Shown piece after piece: positions 20,817 to 30,778 of a stretch of DNA of 64,000 nt (position 1 is its first letter; the number at the start of each line of letters is the position of its first letter). Both the position numbers and the translations under genes were made by a program. The notes under the pieces were generated by a model. The model saw nothing but the letters and a program-made list of their open reading frames with translations, was not told where the DNA came from and ran no database searches. Source of the stretch: a virus. Its lineage: Duplodnaviria > Caudoviricetes. The stretch lies in IMG/VR virus record IMGVR_UViG_3300020192_000279, positions 43,016-107,015 of that record. One strand, 5' to 3'.

Positions 20817-21403
20817 GATTCATTCTTCTTTCGAGCTACTGGACTGTGACCTTCTCGGGTGTCGGTTGGAGCCCTTGCACCCAAGAACGCCGCCTTTTCT
20901 TCTACTGTTTTTTCATTGATACGCTTACGGCAGTCTCTACACGTACGGTAGATATGACGTCTACCATCCTTCATGGTTGTATTGATGGGACTTTTATTGA
21001 TGTGTAAACATTTACCATCTACTGCCATTCCTGGCAAAATGATATCTTGATCTTCTGATATTTCACGAGGATCTGTGTCAACGCCTTCCTCGATCATCTC
21101 TCGTTTCTTTGCAGTAACAAAACTAGCATCGTCTTCACGAGGAGAGTCATCATCCAGGTCAGCAAATGTACGCCGACCTGGATTTTCGGAATGGCTCTGG
21201 CGGGCACCGCCAACAAAGTCCCAGTCCTCGGGCAACAAGTTGCCCGAGACAAGCTGTTGCTCAAGTTTTGCGGCTGCTGCCGCAGAGAGTTCGTATGTGC
21301 GACCAGTCTTCTTGCCGCTTTTCTTTATAACCAACGTGACTGTATCGGCGGGATCATATTCCTGCTTGGTTAAATCACATTCTTGAACAACACGTCTTGC
21401 CAT
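20813..21403 (-). CDS. Hypothetical Zn-binding protein
   Basis: N-terminal ECDL, C-terminal C.H...CRDC. Confidence 0.5.
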   Translation of the reverse strand: MARRVVQECDLTKQEYDPADTVTLVIKKSGKKTGRTYELSAAAAAKLEQQLVSGNLLPEDWDFVGGARQSHSENPGRRTFADLDDDSPREDDASFVTAKKREMIEEGVDTDPREISEDQDIILPGMAVDGKCLHINKSPINTTMKDGRRHIYRTCRDCRKRINEKTVEEKAAFLGARAPTDTREGHSPVARKKNES

Positions 21404-22092
21404 TACGGTAAATCCTGACTTCTGTATGCTTCGTATCTACGAAGAACTTCCTTAACGATTGGTGAGCGTTGAACCGTCTCAATATTCTCCATTGAGATTA
21501 CACCCACTCCTGGTACCCCATCTAGTACGTTGATTGCCTCAATCAAAGCACTGTTTTCTGGACGAATGTCGCACTGATCCATATCGCCAGCAATTACTAG
21601 CTTGGAATGCTTACCAACTCTAGTAAGTAACATCTTCATAGCGTCACCATCCAGAGGAACGTTTTGTGCTTCCTCTACGATAATGAAGCAGTTGTTGAAT
21701 GAGCGTCCACGACACAGACTTAAGACCGTGAACTCAAACTTGTCACGAACGATGTTGTTAATGTCTTGTTCATTTTGAAACATAAGACGCATGTTGTCTC
21801 TTAGACCTAGAACATACGGCGTTACCTTTTCATCAACTGTACCCGGCAGAGCACCAAGTTTTTCTCCAGTATTGGATTGAATATATGGACGAACGATCAC
21901 AATGCGTTGAATGCCGCCTCTTTTGGGGGCATTCATCATCATGGTCAATGCCTTATTGACCGCCAAGAATGTCTTTCCTGTACCGGCATAGCCGTTACAG
22001 ATAGTGATAATGTTTCGATCTAGTGAATCTTGATACTCTTCTTGTCCTGGTGCTGGTTGAGCGGGAACAAATCGGATTTCACTTTTTTGCAT
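21403..22092 (-). CDS. phoH: PhoH-family ATPase
   Basis: GYAGTGKT, LG.LPG, RGRSF, EEAQN, LTR.G, GD..Q.D, VQRS. Confidence 0.95.
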   Translation of the reverse strand: MQKSEIRFVPAQPAPGQEEYQDSLDRNIITICNGYAGTGKTFLAVNKALTMMMNAPKRGGIQRIVIVRPYIQSNTGEKLGALPGTVDEKVTPYVLGLRDNMRLMFQNEQDINNIVRDKFEFTVLSLCRGRSFNNCFIIVEEAQNVPLDGDAMKMLLTRVGKHSKLVIAGDMDQCDIRPENSALIEAINVLDGVPGVGVISMENIETVQRSPIVKEVLRRYEAYRSQDLP

Positions 22093-22095
22093 CTA

Positions 22096-22713
22096 TCATC
22101 CTCTATTGGCCCTACGAGAAGCTTTTGCTTTCTTGTTTTGGGCACGACGATCCGCAATAACCTTGCGACGGTGGGGGGTAAGTTTCATGCCAAACTTCGT
22201 TTGGCTAACTTGTACTGACATTTCATTCTCAAGGTGATGAGAAATGATCGTACCATTCAGGTGGTCCATTTCATGCATCACACATCTTGCCCAAAAACCC
22301 TTGAATACTTCCGTCTTGACCTCGCCGTCAAGCTCGTGATATTGAAGAGTAATTTGCTTTGGTCTTTTAATCATTGCACCAAATCCAGGAAGTGACAGGC
22401 ATGCTTCGCCGTCCTTCTTCGTCTCGCGACTACGCGAGATAACTGCCGGATTAATGAATGCACGATTCACGCCCTTTTCGCGAAGCAAGAAGATCCGTTT
22501 AGGATAGCCTACCTGTACGGCGGCTAAACCTGCGGCTTGTTCTCCAAGCACATCAAGGACAGCATCCATTTTGCCAATGACGGCTGCATCAGTATCATTA
22601 ATGGGTAAGCTACATGGTTGCGACGCACCTTCAAGCAAAGGCCAGCGTTCTTGATCTTGGGGCGTGATTATCACTGATTCTTGTGTTGATGATTCCATAC
22701 TCGATTGATCCAT
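22096..22713 (-). CDS. def: Peptide deformylase
   Basis: GLAAVQVG, EACLS, HEMDHLNG. Confidence 0.95.
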   Translation of the reverse strand: MDQSSMESSTQESVIITPQDQERWPLLEGASQPCSLPINDTDAAVIGKMDAVLDVLGEQAAGLAAVQVGYPKRIFLLREKGVNRAFINPAVISRSRETKKDGEACLSLPGFGAMIKRPKQITLQYHELDGEVKTEVFKGFWARCVMHEMDHLNGTIISHHLENEMSVQVSQTKFGMKLTPHRRKVIADRRAQNKKAKASRRANRG

Positions 22714-23429
22714 TTCAAAAATTCCTCGGTTGTCTTGACGTGCTTCCCGTAATTACAATCTTTACAAGATGTCACACAGTTGTCTAGTGAATAGCCAAGA
22801 TTACTATCAATCCTGTCAATGCCGTTTGTCCGAATCAGACCATCCTCGTGACGCCGCTTGGCTTGTTCTGACCGAACTTGTTTGTATCTAGTCTTATTAA
22901 AGACGTTTTGTGCTATTGATGGAAGAGCACCACAATAATAACAACTTGAAAAAATGAAGCGTTCAAACTCGTCTTTTGTTAATGACCAAGACAAGTGTCT
23001 TTTTTCTGCTCCGCCTTTGTAGCGGGACATGTAGTTATTGATATTTGTTTCTTTAGGATCTCTTGAAAAGAGAGGAGCGTGAACACGCCATTGACATCCA
23101 CATGACCTATTGGGTGTTCTACGAATTTGCCTGCTGTCTAAGATGATTTCATTGCCACAATCACATCTCGCCTGCCATTGCACGTACTTATCATTCTTGA
23201 CAAGTTTTTGATCATCGGATACACGCCCTAAGATGGTCATATATCCAATACGCTTTCCTGTATAATCTATTGCTTTGTGTGCCACATCAAGTAGTACACT
23301 ATTAGCACGCGGCATGAGTGTGATATTAGGACAGAATCTCATAGCCATCTTCCTTGACAAGGATACATCTTTCCGAATGAGCAACCCATGATCCGTCTTT
23401 AGAGCGTGCCGTCCAGCCATCATCACCAA
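22671..23429 (-). CDS. HNH homing endonuclease (true start probably near 23280-23315)
   Basis: CDCG, SCGC, CYYC, NGIDRID, C..CN..K. Confidence 0.8.
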   Translation of the reverse strand: MVMMAGRHALKTDHGLLIRKDVSLSRKMAMRFCPNITLMPRANSVLLDVAHKAIDYTGKRIGYMTILGRVSDDQKLVKNDKYVQWQARCDCGNEIILDSRQIRRTPNRSCGCQWRVHAPLFSRDPKETNINNYMSRYKGGAEKRHLSWSLTKDEFERFIFSSCYYCGALPSIAQNVFNKTRYKQVRSEQAKRRHEDGLIRTNGIDRIDSNLGYSLDNCVTSCKDCNYGKHVKTTEEFLKWINRVWNHQHKNQ

Positions 23430-24102
23430 TCACAAACTCTGTTGATCCGAATGTCACAACTGGTTCGAGACAAATAATATCGCCGGTCTTAAGCTTATAC
23501 GCAGCATACTCTCTTTCAAGTTGCCACTGCTTAATCTTAGAGAGCGATCTATCTATTCCATTGGGGATAAAGGGCTCTTCATGTAATGTTCGCCCTATCT
23601 TATGACCACCCCAAGCAAGACATATATTGACGCCTAATGCAGCGGCTCTAGCCTCAGCAACTCTAGCTATTTCAAGTAAACTAACGCCATCTTTAAGCAC
23701 AGACATCTCAGCTTCTAATACACCCTCTACAGCAGTAATGAGACGTTCTTGAAAAGGAAAAAATGTAGGGCGTGTTACATCAGAAACGATGCGGGTGCGT
23801 GCAGAGTCCACACACCATCCTTCATAGCTACAGCCCACGTCTACGGTGAGTAGATCGCCGTCTTTTAGAACGTAGTTGTTCGGGACGCCGTGTACGACAA
23901 CATCGTTAGGCGATAAGCAGCAGACTCCTGTGAAGCCGCGATAGCCCTTAAAGATTGGTACACATCCAAATATAGCGAAGTGTTGCTCTATCGCGTCGTT
24001 AATCTCTAAGAGAGTTGTTCCCGGAACGGCATAGCTAAATCCTAATTCAATAGCTATGCGATTGATTTCACCGGCGTGGCGAGTAGCTTCGAGTCTATCC
24101 AT
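23326..24102 (-). CDS. map: Methionine aminopeptidase type I
   Basis: S.ND.VVHG.P, DVG, DSART, GH.IG..LHE.P, EP, AHSE. Confidence 0.95.
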   Translation of the reverse strand: MDRLEATRHAGEINRIAIELGFSYAVPGTTLLEINDAIEQHFAIFGCVPIFKGYRGFTGVCCLSPNDVVVHGVPNNYVLKDGDLLTVDVGCSYEGWCVDSARTRIVSDVTRPTFFPFQERLITAVEGVLEAEMSVLKDGVSLLEIARVAEARAAALGVNICLAWGGHKIGRTLHEEPFIPNGIDRSLSKIKQWQLEREYAAYKLKTGDIICLEPVVTFGSTEFVIGDDGWTARSKDGSWVAHSERCILVKEDGYEILS

Positions 24103-24694
24103 GTTCGTCAACCCAATACTTGATCTTTCGCCAGTGTGACAGCGTTTCACGGTAAGCCTTTTCAGGACTTTTCAAGTGAAACGATGGGTGGTAAGTCACA
24201 ATAACCTTAGAAGCGTAGCCATCTACAGTGTAATTCAGCCAGCCGTCTTTATTGGACAGCTTATCAAAGAAAAACCGATTCAATGCACCCTTAATTGGCT
24301 CGCCTCTAAATTGTTCAAGTGCAGATCGTCCAAGCAATACTATTAACTTGGGACGCAGCAACTTGATCTGTAGGTCGAGCCGCCATTTACACGAGTCCAT
24401 TTCTTCTTTTCGAGGCGTTCTGTCATTAGGTGTACGACATAGAACCGTGTTTGTGATATAGACATCTTGACGTGTCACGCCAAGGTAACTAAGGATTGAG
24501 TCTAATTTTTGTCCAGCTTTTCCTAGAAAAGGAATGCCCTCCAGGTCCTCTTCTTCGCCAGGGGCTTCTCCAACAATCAAAATCAATGGTTCGTGTGAGC
24601 CTGATCCGAATACAACCTTCTTGCGGGTTTTACATAGGTCGCAAGATCCGCACGAAGACATCTGTTCTTGAAGAGCATCAAGCCGAGCATTCAT
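24095..24694 (-). CDS. Uracil-DNA glycosylase family 4
   Basis: C..C.LC, GEAPG.EED..G.PF.G.AG, TN.V.CR, YHPS. Confidence 0.92.
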   Translation of the reverse strand: MNARLDALQEQMSSCGSCDLCKTRKKVVFGSGSHEPLILIVGEAPGEEEDLEGIPFLGKAGQKLDSILSYLGVTRQDVYITNTVLCRTPNDRTPRKEEMDSCKWRLDLQIKLLRPKLIVLLGRSALEQFRGEPIKGALNRFFFDKLSNKDGWLNYTVDGYASKVIVTYHPSFHLKSPEKAYRETLSHWRKIKYWVDEHG

Positions 24695-25629
24695 ACATTA
24701 TGTCCCGTGAACAACTCGTTAGTCCAATTGCCCTTAGTCTTTCTTCGCAGTGCGTCTCCACCGAAGTGAAGTAAGTTCATCATGGAGTCGGCTGATGCTG
24801 CGATACGACCTTCAATCGTCTTGATGTCTGTCATTTCATTGCAAGAGTTTTCAAGAGCTTGCTTCTTAGCTTCCGGCACTTGTATTTCAAGGTCATTCTC
24901 AACGTGAATCATTAGATGATCCACATAGCGGGCACTTGCACGATTGATACCTGTCATATAGAATGCGTCCTTCGGACGCAGGTAGCCATTCACATAGCAG
25001 GTTGACGTGTGCCAGCCGATGTTGCGGAAGATACAGGCTGCCATGACCAGTGAAATGTTCAGGGGGGTTTCAGATTCTTTTGCCTGTACGGCCATCACCT
25101 TGGCTAATCGTAGCGAGCCAGCGACGTGTACTAAAAGACCGCCGCGATAAGCCAGGGGGCCGCTCAAGCCATAGGGGCTAGTCTTGAGAGCGTGTAGCAT
25201 ATCGAGACGATGAATAGCGTTACCCACGACATTGCGGTAGTGCTCATCAGCCATTGTCTCGAAGGCTTCTTCAACGTCTGCTGCACACGCAGCCAGAGCG
25301 GCGTCACTCATGCCCTTCACATAGTCGTGAATATTGAGGGGCGTATCTACCTCAACGACCTTACTGGCGTCTACAGAGAACTCTAGGTCGTCCTTGTAGG
25401 GCTTTAACTCTACTGCCATACGATAATACTGACCTTCAACTAAGGTGCTGTCGTAATTCCATACGACACCTTCAATTTCTCCAGTAATATCTCGAAGCGT
25501 TGCCTTGGCGAATCTACTGCCAGAGGTCGTTAGCATGGCTTCATTTTGCGTAACCTTTTGAACAAGAAAGATCTGTCGGTAACGACCAGCTTTCAAGTCC
25601 TTGATCGCAACATACGTTTCAGTATTCAT
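24691..25629 (-). CDS. YhaM/Cbf1-like OB-fold + HD protein with degenerate HD motif
   Basis: L.D.TGEI...W OB fold, GGLL.H; FRNIG where HDIG is expected. Confidence 0.65.
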   Translation of the reverse strand: MNTETYVAIKDLKAGRYRQIFLVQKVTQNEAMLTTSGSRFAKATLRDITGEIEGVVWNYDSTLVEGQYYRMAVELKPYKDDLEFSVDASKVVEVDTPLNIHDYVKGMSDAALAACAADVEEAFETMADEHYRNVVGNAIHRLDMLHALKTSPYGLSGPLAYRGGLLVHVAGSLRLAKVMAVQAKESETPLNISLVMAACIFRNIGWHTSTCYVNGYLRPKDAFYMTGINRASARYVDHLMIHVENDLEIQVPEAKKQALENSCNEMTDIKTIEGRIAASADSMMNLLHFGGDALRRKTKGNWTNELFTGHNV

Positions 25630-25831
25630 ATCTGTTGCGTCTGCCACCCTGCGTTCGATCATCCCCCTGTTTACAGGTTGGGCATCGAGCGACCTTGCGG
25701 GTAATGATGTAGATTTCATCTGGCTGTTCTCTTTCTGAACCTGGATTAAGGATGACCTTCAATTGTCCGCCGTAGTAACAGCCGCGACACTTGCCGCATT
25801 CAATAAGAGTGATAGTCTTAGGCGTTTTCAT
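25619..25831 (-). CDS. Small Zn-finger protein
   Basis: CGKC...CPTC. Confidence 0.5.
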   Translation of the reverse strand: MKTPKTITLIECGKCRGCYYGGQLKVILNPGSEREQPDEIYIITRKVARCPTCKQGDDRTQGGRRNRYEY

Positions 25832-26330
25832 GACTCAATCTCTTTTCCAGCAACCTGACGAGTCGTTTGATATGCGTGGCCACACCCTGATGTGAGATGT
25901 CACTTGACTCCGCTATCTTTCGAAACGACTTACCTTTGACATAGTACTCGATTAAGAAGTGTGCGTTTGGCTCTTCCGCAACCGCACTAAAAATAGAATC
26001 CATAAGCTCGCTTTCTTCAAGTGAGTTGTCTACATAGCCGGGTTCGAGCGTAGCGTCAAGCTCTAAACGATTATCGGAGATGCGAGTCCTTTCAAGAATA
26101 TAGCGTAGCATACGTCCACGCATATACAAATAAGCGAAGGTCGTGAACTTAGCTTTTGTTGAGTCATAGTTTTTGACTGCACTAAGCAGGCCAACCCACG
26201 CCTCTTGTTCAAGGTCTTCGTACGTAATTAGTGGATCTTTTCTTGCGTACACAAGGAATGGACGTATAATACTACTGATTAGTGCGTCCCATTCACATTT
26301 TGGCAAAGAGCCTAAAGTTTTATCGTTCAT
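25818..26330 (-). CDS. Sigma-70 family RNA polymerase sigma factor
   Basis: EDL.QEA..GL..A...YD...KF.TFA region 2; C-terminal HTH. Confidence 0.85.
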   Translation of the reverse strand: MNDKTLGSLPKCEWDALISSIIRPFLVYARKDPLITYEDLEQEAWVGLLSAVKNYDSTKAKFTTFAYLYMRGRMLRYILERTRISDNRLELDATLEPGYVDNSLEESELMDSIFSAVAEEPNAHFLIEYYVKGKSFRKIAESSDISHQGVATHIKRLVRLLEKRLSHENA

Positions 26331-26715
26331 AAGAGTCAATTTGTGCGACTAGCATTGTAATGTACGTGCTCTTTTCGTCGTTTGTCAGAGCAGCCCAGTG
26401 AGAGATTACGTCGAGATTGCCACCGTTTGGCACTTCTTCGTTACCCACTATTTGGCGATGCCGATATAGCACTCGTCCTTCTATGTCTTGCACTACAAAG
26501 GTTACCACATGAAAGTCTTCGCTGTCGGTTAAATTCCAGAAGTACTTGAGCAGTTCGTTGTATTGCACTACAGCCTTCTTTGGTTTACCGCCCTTTTCTA
26601 TCAGGACAAAGATAACCTTATCCTGGTTTTTCCAGCCATCTGATTCTAGCTCGGCGTGTAATTGCTTTACTCGGTCCCAATTGATTTTGATCGTCATGAG
26701 ATAAGCCCCTTTCAA
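26320..26715 (-). CDS. Hypothetical protein
   Basis: ORF with RBS. Confidence 0.5.
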   Translation of the reverse strand: MKGAYLMTIKINWDRVKQLHAELESDGWKNQDKVIFVLIEKGGKPKKAVVQYNELLKYFWNLTDSEDFHVVTFVVQDIEGRVLYRHRQIVGNEEVPNGGNLDVISHWAALTNDEKSTYITMLVAQIDSYER

Positions 26716-26731
26716 GGAAGGATTACACTAA

Positions 26732-27988
26732 TCACGCAACGCGACCATCCTCGATGTAAACACCCATTCTATCTTCGGAGTTGCGTGAGGCGTATTCAAT
26801 CCAGATCTGAAAGTCACTGTCAACAGCCATAGACTTAATAACCGCCATACTGGCGTCATCCAGTAGCGAACCGTCTGTAATGCGAATGACACGTAAAGTT
26901 GGATTGGATGCCATCGCGATAGCAAGCGAGATTTTTAGTCTGCGTGCCGCAGAGGCTTGACAGAATGGTACGTCTGTACCGTCTTCATTGATAATACGCA
27001 CACCTTCGGCATTGATAGTAAAGCCCTTGACCGGCAAGGGGGCAGCTTCTAGAGCTTCCGCCTTTTCAATCTCGATCAGTTCCATCTTTGCGTTCAGCGA
27101 TGTGATGTTAGTATCTACACCTTCTAGTGCCGTGCGTAGCTTACGATACTCGATAACTTCACGAGCACGGCGATTGTTGTTCTCAATGTCCTTGAGTTGA
27201 CTTTGCAAAAACGTAACGTCAACAACTTCTGTCTTGCCAAGCTCAGCAGTGTTTGCTCCCATGATCATGGCGGAGTTGTTCATTACTACCTGTAGTCTTT
27301 GAATCTCACGGAGGGCATCTGCGGACGCCTTGATAGCACGCTCGTTCTCAGCTTGCAAGTCCTTGATTCGTTGATTAACTGCCATGCCAACTGTGATAGA
27401 GACGGTGAGATCTAGGCTAGACCATTCTTCTGCTGGATCTTGATCTGTTGGTGGACGAACATTCGCCAACAAACTAGCCAGACGTTTCTTTTCACGGTTG
27501 GCATCGGTGCGAGATTCGTAGGCAGTTTGTATGCGGGCGTCGAAGTCCGCCAAGTTCAACTTGCCATCCGTAATCTTAAACAAGAGGTCGGCCAGCATGG
27601 TACGCTGCTCTTGTTCGGTTTTTCTAGCAAACTCCCATGGATCGAATGAAAGATCACCAATCATTCCATCAAGTAGTTTTTGAGGAGACGACACCTTATT
27701 GCCTTCTGGCGTACGAACTTCTAAAGTGCTGCCGCCCTCAGTAAAACGACGAGTCACAATGTAGTCGCCCAGATCCAAAGTCGTCACGGCACTTTTCTCG
27801 CCACGACGTATTGGCTGCGGACTACTCTTGGATGCTGCCCTGTATTCGAGTGCGAGATAGATACAGTCAAGCACAGAAGTTTTGCCATTTTCATTCTTAC
27901 CACTGATAACTACTACGTTATCAGTGGGGGTAATGTCAATAGCCTTAAGTCGCTTGATGTTTTCAGCTTGTAATTGAATGATCTTCAT
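26732..27988 (-). CDS. SMC/Rad50-like AAA ATPase
   Basis: GKNENGKT Walker A, coiled coil, DGSLLD. Confidence 0.85.
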   Translation of the reverse strand: MKIIQLQAENIKRLKAIDITPTDNVVVISGKNENGKTSVLDCIYLALEYRAASKSSPQPIRRGEKSAVTTLDLGDYIVTRRFTEGGSTLEVRTPEGNKVSSPQKLLDGMIGDLSFDPWEFARKTEQEQRTMLADLLFKITDGKLNLADFDARIQTAYESRTDANREKKRLASLLANVRPPTDQDPAEEWSSLDLTVSITVGMAVNQRIKDLQAENERAIKASADALREIQRLQVVMNNSAMIMGANTAELGKTEVVDVTFLQSQLKDIENNNRRAREVIEYRKLRTALEGVDTNITSLNAKMELIEIEKAEALEAAPLPVKGFTINAEGVRIINEDGTDVPFCQASAARRLKISLAIAMASNPTLRVIRITDGSLLDDASMAVIKSMAVDSDFQIWIEYASRNSEDRMGVYIEDGRVA

Positions 27989-28340
27989 TGTTAAACGTTT
28001 TCAGAAAGCTGTAGAATTGTTCTTGACAAATTGGACATAGGCCCGGCTCATTCAGGTATCTGCCGTGCTCGCAGTGTTCGCGATACGGTACGTGCATCAT
28101 ATGGCTTTCTGTATCACTCTCTCTAGTCCACGATACATTGCCACGTTCAATACGATCGTGCCCATTTTCTTCTATTTTAAGCAGATGACAGATGCCACAG
28201 GTGCAAACGCCATGTAGTTTCCAGCGACCACAGTCGCTATCGCACATATATTTGCCGTTGTCAAGCTTACGCCATGACCTTACTGGCTCACCTCGTATAG
28301 CCAGAATGAAATATCGAATGGCACGTCTCAATCTATTCAT
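27963..28340 (-). CDS. Cys/His-rich hypothetical protein
   Basis: CTCG, CEHG, CPIC. Confidence 0.45.
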   Translation of the reverse strand: MNRLRRAIRYFILAIRGEPVRSWRKLDNGKYMCDSDCGRWKLHGVCTCGICHLLKIEENGHDRIERGNVSWTRESDTESHMMHVPYREHCEHGRYLNEPGLCPICQEQFYSFLKTFNNEDHSITS

Positions 28341-28936
28341 TAGCGTGCGAACTCGAACGTCACCGTTTCGCTTACGTTTGATAGTCCGCCCAGGCTTTGC
28401 ATTGTTTGCCATAATAGTTTATCGTGATTATCTGATGGCTGCCAGCCATCAGTGAGTTGAAAAAGTGCTCGTGTGTGTGCCATACCAACCGTTAAGATAT
28501 CCGTACTGTTTGTTTGGCCTACTCTACGATTGACCTGTTTCGAGCGTGGAGATTTACGTCTCCATGAAAAGGAGCGTCCAATAGTTCTTAACATAGTTGC
28601 TTGAGGATTCTCCTCAAGCAGGCTTGAAAAAGTAGAAAGATGGTTGGGTAGCCACACGTCGTCGTCGTCGATGTACGCAATCCAGGGATTAGAACCTAAC
28701 GCCACACCTTTATTGCGAGCCCAGGCACCGAAGTCTTCGTGACAGGGTACGTCTGAGTGAACGACCTTCACTTGTGGACTATCGACAATGTGTTCTAGGC
28801 GTGACATACCGTCACATACTATCCAAAGACACCAGTCCTTATAATCTTGATGTAGGACTGATTCGATAGCTTGAAACAGGCTGAGCCTGCCGACTGACGG
28901 AAGGATGATATCAAACTTCACTTGAGAGGTCTCCAC
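28340..28936 (-). CDS. GT2 family glycosyltransferase
   Basis: AIESVL.Q, ARNKG, IAYIDDDD.W.PNHL. Confidence 0.9.
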   Translation of the reverse strand: METSQVKFDIILPSVGRLSLFQAIESVLHQDYKDWCLWIVCDGMSRLEHIVDSPQVKVVHSDVPCHEDFGAWARNKGVALGSNPWIAYIDDDDVWLPNHLSTFSSLLEENPQATMLRTIGRSFSWRRKSPRSKQVNRRVGQTNSTDILTVGMAHTRALFQLTDGWQPSDNHDKLLWQTMQSLGGLSNVSETVTFEFAR

Positions 28937-29403
28937 ACAAACTTACCAACTGGTATTTTATATGATGGTTTATGCCCGAATCCCGACCACGGGATGATCT
29001 TGCATGTATCTATAATGTCTTGGAGGGCCGCAGGCTTGAGCATCGTATAGCGTGGTATGTTTTCATTAGATCCATTGATCATCAGGACGATTGCATCATC
29101 ACGTAGGTATGACTTTACTTGAGAAGCCTTCAAATGAAAGAACTTATCCAGTAGTGGCTTTGAAAATTTGACTTCGACTTTACCATAACCCTCAACATTA
29201 AAGTCGGGATCCATGGACACTTCTTTGTCTGTCAGTAGCTCGCCAGTTTGACCGCAGCCGGTATCAGTATACTTTGGCCGAACGCCACTGGTGCGTTCGA
29301 CCAAATCTAGCCACATAATGAACAACGCACGCTCTTCTTTCGTCCTAGATTTAATGTCCTTCTTGAACTGATCTTCGGAACGACTATCATAGCGGTAATT
29401 CAT
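28918..29403 (-). CDS. PD-(D/E)xK nuclease-like protein
   Basis: PDF...VEVK. Confidence 0.55.
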   Translation of the reverse strand: MNYRYDSRSEDQFKKDIKSRTKEERALFIMWLDLVERTSGVRPKYTDTGCGQTGELLTDKEVSMDPDFNVEGYGKVEVKFSKPLLDKFFHLKASQVKSYLRDDAIVLMINGSNENIPRYTMLKPAALQDIIDTCKIIPWSGFGHKPSYKIPVGKFVWRPLK

Positions 29404-29464
29404 TTTTATAGCTTCAAAGGTGTTCTTGGTCTAGCGATGTCGCCACAAGAAGCTGTACCGTCCA

Positions 29465-30064
29465 TTACTTCACAAGTCTTTCAATGACATCCGGCTGAGA
29501 CAAGACCTTGCGGAATTTGTGCAGCACTTGAAAACAACAATGAGAATCATATAGAGCGGCGTGGAACTTACTCTTGCCAAGATAGCTCATGTCGATTTTG
29601 AGAGCCTTCACTGTCTGCGACAGACTTGCTCCACCCTTGATTGCTTCATTGCCAGCAAACAATCGGATGAGGGGCATAGAGTCAACGTAACGGTACGTGA
29701 AGTTGGCTTCAAATTGTTGAGGCTCGATACCATAAATACCATACGCCAACATTCGTACATCGAATGCTATATTGTGACCGCCCATGATCTGAGCACCATT
29801 ATCGTGCCACATGTCTACGAATTTACTCTGGATTACTTCCGTTGTTTCCCCTTCTGAGAAGGCTTGTGACGGAGTAATGCCATGAATTTCGATGGCCTTT
29901 GGCGTAAACTTATAGTCTTCAATAGACGGCAGCTTATGCAGAGATTCAAACTGAGAAATAATCTCGCCAGTTTCAAGATCGCCAACAAGAGCACCAACCG
30001 AGAACACTGAGTGTACCTTGGGATCTAATCCGCCCGTTTCACTGTCAAACACCATGATTCGCAT
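29465..30064 (-). CDS. DEDDh 3'-5' exonuclease
   Basis: FDSETGG, GHNI.FD, H.A.YD. Confidence 0.9.
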   Translation of the reverse strand: MRIMVFDSETGGLDPKVHSVFSVGALVGDLETGEIISQFESLHKLPSIEDYKFTPKAIEIHGITPSQAFSEGETTEVIQSKFVDMWHDNGAQIMGGHNIAFDVRMLAYGIYGIEPQQFEANFTYRYVDSMPLIRLFAGNEAIKGGASLSQTVKALKIDMSYLGKSKFHAALYDSHCCFQVLHKFRKVLSQPDVIERLVK

Positions 30065-30173
30065 TTTTATTCCTCATCTTTTCTTTTAGTCGCCTGAACG
30101 CAAATGACTCCAGCACCCATTAGGTTCTATTCGAACCTTCTGCATGAATCGTACTGGAATTGATTTTTTCATC

Positions 30174-30611
30174 TTACGATACGCATTGTGTATTAACCGC
30201 CTTCACGGCTTCGTCAAACATACCAACGATCTTTACCCACTGATCGTCGCGTGCCATCGGGGAACGCAAGGCAACATTGCCAAGCTTGCCAACATTCGAA
30301 AACGTCGGGTCCGTACAAGCGTGTTCGGGTTTGAATACCTTGCGGAATACACGCACAACTGCACGAGCATCTACCTTGTCCAACAGGTGCTCCACGACGC
30401 CAACAAACTTGACGTTGTTATTGCCTTCAATCGTACTCACAATACGTTGAGCCAGAATGTGGCGGGCCAACTTGCGGTTGAAGCAGTCGCCATCACGCAC
30501 GAAGCCAACTGACATATAGGCGACGCCAGCAATCACTGCGACGCCAACACTGATGCCGTCAGCAGGACGGTGAGAAAATGCCATCGCATCAATCAATTCA
30601 AAAACCTTCAT
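30174..30611 (-). CDS. Hypothetical phage protein
   Basis: D.FNRKLAR motif; start placed at ATG 30611. Confidence 0.5.
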   Translation of the reverse strand: MKVFELIDAMAFSHRPADGISVGVAVIAGVAYMSVGFVRDGDCFNRKLARHILAQRIVSTIEGNNNVKFVGVVEHLLDKVDARAVVRVFRKVFKPEHACTDPTFSNVGKLGNVALRSPMARDDQWVKIVGMFDEAVKAVNTQCVS

Positions 30612-30778
30612 TTGAAGTCTTTCATTGTACGGGTGGTTGGACTTGGCTGAGAACAGACAAGGCCAGGAAAAGGTTAACGGTAACTCCGATTGGAGCACCG
30701 ACGTTAGTTGTACGGAGGGCAGCCATTAAAATGCGTGCCTCATCCCCGGACAGTGCGATATTGGGTTCGTGTTGTGTA

